The notes under the pieces were generated by a model that was given only the letters and a program-made list of their open reading frames with translations, searched no databases and was not told the origin of the DNA. Source: Marsupella aquatica (taxonomy: Eukaryota; Plantae; Marchantiophyta). From it: DNA of 64,000 nt. The position numbers were made by a program, and so were the translations under genes. Location of the stretch: assembly GCA_973895155.1 (NCBI GenBank), contig OZ316896.1:2108001-2172000 (forward strand). Direction: 5' to 3'. Below, one piece after another: positions 60,701-64,000 of the stretch; the stretch's first letter is position 1, and every line of letters begins with the position of its first letter.

Positions 60701-61432
60701 GCGAGCACCCTCACCCAGATGAGGGTTCCAAACTGGGGCTGGGAGCATAGAGCTCCTCCATTGCATGGGAGACCGAGTGGGGGTGGGTGACACCTTGGTC
60801 GTTGGAAAGTTGACCAGTTTTCTTTGGGGAAGGGCAGAATACGGTGTGAAAGTATAATTAATTCAAGAATGGAATACTGACCACTGGGCTTTTTCTACTG
60901 TGTACCTCCCACATTCACCACCCTCCAAGATCCGATCTGACGGTCAGGGTCTCGTGGGTAGGGTGTCGCGCAGGCACGTGAGCGGATAACGAATTGTTAT
61001 TCAGTACGATCGAATCCCGGCCTTCCCTTCTGGAGCGGAGGGCCCAGATTGAGGGCCTCCCTCTCTATATTTTATGTTCGGAATACATCCCATACCGTAA
61101 TGATCATGGTCATAATGATAATTGTGTGGAGTCTAGTACGGGTCTCATGCCGTACGGAAGACATCTCGCCCTTTACTCCACTGGTTTGCCCGCGGTCAAG
61201 AGAAGACGTCTCGTCGCTCTGTGAAGGGTAGCACCGGGTGGCCCAGTCCCTTCGTAACTCTATTTTAAATGCGAAAACTTGTCAAACTCTCCACCCCCAT
61301 TGAAATATATTCGCCGCAATTGGCGAAAATGAATCATTTGGCCAGTTTCACACACTATTAGTCACTTTTGTCAAACAATTCTGTTCGTCACTTTTGGGCA
61401 AACAATTTGTCATGTTGTTGTCTTAGTTTAGA

Positions 61433-61788
61433 CAATGTTTACCATAATTAGTGTAATTAACATTAATTGAAAAGCGCCCATTTTCAGTGTCTTCTCACTA
61501 ATTAATGTTAGTCACAATAATTTTGTACTAACATTATTTTTACACACATGAATTAGTGTTATGGCCTCAAGAACGGAAAAAAAACTATCATGGAAAATCC
61601 AGAAGAATTAGTGTTACTTTGGACACCAGATCATCCATTTTTTATTAGCAATTTAAATTAAATTAACAAAAAAACTCTTCTGAAAAACTGACAAGAATTA
61701 GTGTTACTTGGACTCAAAAAATCATTTTTCTCAAAATTTGTGTCACTAACACTGATTTTGTACTAACACTAATTAAAAGTGAACAGTG
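61433..61788. mobile_element. CACTG-terminal MITE, copy 2 (inverted, diverged)
   Basis: CAATGTTTACCATAATTAGTGT...TAATTAAAAGTGAACAGTG. Internal AGCGCCCATTTTCAG matches the reverse complement of copy 1. GA on both flanks. Confidence 0.85.
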
Positions 61789-64000
61789 GAGCTTCCCACC
61801 TAACCACTGACTCCTGATTGGCAGACTCTGATGGTTATACTAAGGAAACCTACCTCTCAAAAATCAATCTAAGAAAATGAAATAAATATTTCTCTTAGAA
61901 TAGTCTATATTACAACATATGACATGACATTCCTGTCTCTAGACAAAACGGAAACCTTCAAAATGACCTTCAGGTGATTTTAGGGTTTTCTCTTTTCAAT
62001 CCGTTTTAAACCTTTTGCAAAATTAATTAATCATCAACTTTCAACCGTTTTGAATGTGAGTTAGCTTGACCAGACTATACTGACCTGAAATAATTGACTA
62101 TACTGACCTGACTATACATAATTGGTCAGGGGACAAGTGAGTAAACTTGACAAAATATCCAGATGGACCAGTGCACCCCTGATAAATGTCAAAGTTTTAG
62201 GTCTATGGGGCTTCAGTTTCCAAATAGCCATTATAGCAAAAACTAGAACATTGACTAAGATGAGACTCATCAGCAAAAAATTGGTGCAAACCTATACATT
62301 TTTGGGTACTCAGATAACTTGACCTCAAAAACTTAAGGAATATGCTAGTGGGCTTATGCATTCTCTATCATTCATCAAGACTAGGCAGATTGTTTAGGGT
62401 TTATAGTCAAATTTGTCTCTGACACCCTCCTATAGCATGTATTCCAGAAGTCTACTAGCCTTTTCAATATGTTGCGCAGTACTACTCTAATCCTCATCCT
62501 TAACCTTAGTCAGACCTTGGGGCGTTTTTGAGTCTTCCATCTTCCCATATATTTTCCCTTTGTTTTCCTTTCTTTACTGGGTTTCTTGCCTTTGGGTTGA
62601 ATGAGGCCTTTCGTTATTTGCAATATTTTATACATGCTCGAGAACAACTATGTGGAATAGCAACAACATTTAATATATACTCGAGAATTAGTTTGTGGAC
62701 CCCCAAATTGTTTTGATTGAGATTGAAAAGTAGATAGATATTGATATAGATGGATATTCAATCGATTAGTGATTCTAAAATGTGATCCATGAGGAAGAAC
62801 GAGATCAGATCAATGTCACAGATTACTCATTGGATCGGTCTCAAGTGATGAATCAAAGCCATCATGAGCTTCTAGGCGAAATTGGTCTCACATTTGTGCA
62901 GTTATCAGCAGTGAGTTTCGGGATCATGTCTAATCGAAAAAACTTCAAAACTATCGATGCATGTAGGCAATGCATCCCAAGGACTCCATAGGTCTAACAA
63001 GCTTTGAACACTTGTCTAATTCTGTGCGTTGCCCAGCTTGTTCCGGGAGGGAATGTTTTTTTGTTTTTTGGGGAATTTTTAAGTAGACGATTGACTCTCA
63101 AGGGCCATGACCTCTAGTTAAAGTATTCCTGTACCTTACACCTGTTTTTAAACCCAAAATTCCAATGGATAATTGCCAAGAAGGCCCCTGGACTTGTTGG
63201 CAGAAATCATTCAGTAAACTAATCAAACATTGGGACAAGAAGTTGTCATCCAGTTGAATCGTGTGTGGTATTAACATGGATTCGGTGATCGGTGATGCAT
63301 GAACTGTCTTGACAAAAAGAAACGGCCATGAGCACAAAAGTATGAAAGAAAGAATCCACAATTCCCAAATGAGCATAATTGTACATTATTAATCCAGACA
63401 GTACATGACGGTTGCACAGGCATATTCCAATTTTTACAGAAGAACCGAAAGACTTGCATACGTAAATTTCCCTCGATAAGATTTGACCCAATCCACAATG
63501 GAAGATGTAAAATGACTTCTCAATACAGTTTCTCAAAATGTAATTTCATCACACAAATATGAAGTTGTCTGTCGATCACTCTGTCGATCACCTTCCAACA
63601 GCCAATGTAGGGTTTATTCGAGAGTCATCGACCCGGTCATGGACCCTTATTCATGAGATCTCAAAGTCATGGTGTTTCTATCGAGAATTGAGCAAATCGG
63701 ATCTAGCCTCCAAGTAGACACAAAAGCCTGAAACCTAGCTGCGTTACTAAACCCCTTAACTAAATGGGCCGTGCAATAGAGAGCAATTCGGGGAATTCAG
63801 CATGGGACTAATGTGAAGTCTGATGATCAACACATTTCACTTTTAGGCCTATCTTTCCTATAAAATGCTTTGTAGAAAAAATGCTTTCCACAAAAAGGAT
63901 AAAAGAAGACCGAGCAATGGGTGCGGTTGGAGCTGTCCATGTTGCACACTTAGAAAGTCTGCAAGGGACAGGATTACGTCGCACAAGTGAAGTGGTATCT

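Noticed and set aside
60978-60995. GTGAGCGGATAACGAATT resembles the lac operator
   Set aside because: Only 13 contiguous matches with an extra base, and no flanking vector or lac promoter sequence. Most likely chance.
62780-63560. Cluster of short ORFs near the window end
   Set aside because: All frames are interrupted and no transposase or RT motif could be confirmed.

Overview
Eukaryotic nuclear DNA from a land plant. A non-seed plant such as a complex-thalloid liverwort is most likely, inferred from gene content, intron style and repeat landscape rather than from a search. Well-supported genes: a head-to-head NRT2 / NAR2 (NRT3) high-affinity nitrate uptake pair, a GT92 galactan synthase-like gene, an intronless LTO1 (VKOR-thioredoxin), an intronless GT47 exostosin-family gene and a 13-exon plastid SET-domain (Rubisco-LSMT-like) methyltransferase. 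The 13-35 kb accessory region holds the unusual material. It has two paralogues (one intact, one frameshifted) of a small protein resembling the fungal DUF6540 family, suggesting horizontal transfer. A box C/D snoRNA sits in a predicted 5' intron of the frameshifted copy. There is also a stand-alone intact Ty1/copia gag-like ORF without pol or LTRs. Intergenic DNA contains MITEs (CACTG-ended with 2-bp TSD; Mutator-like with 9-bp TSD), Helitron-like and LTR/LINE remnants, and many local tandem duplications. Family assignments come from motif recognition by eye; no database search was run.
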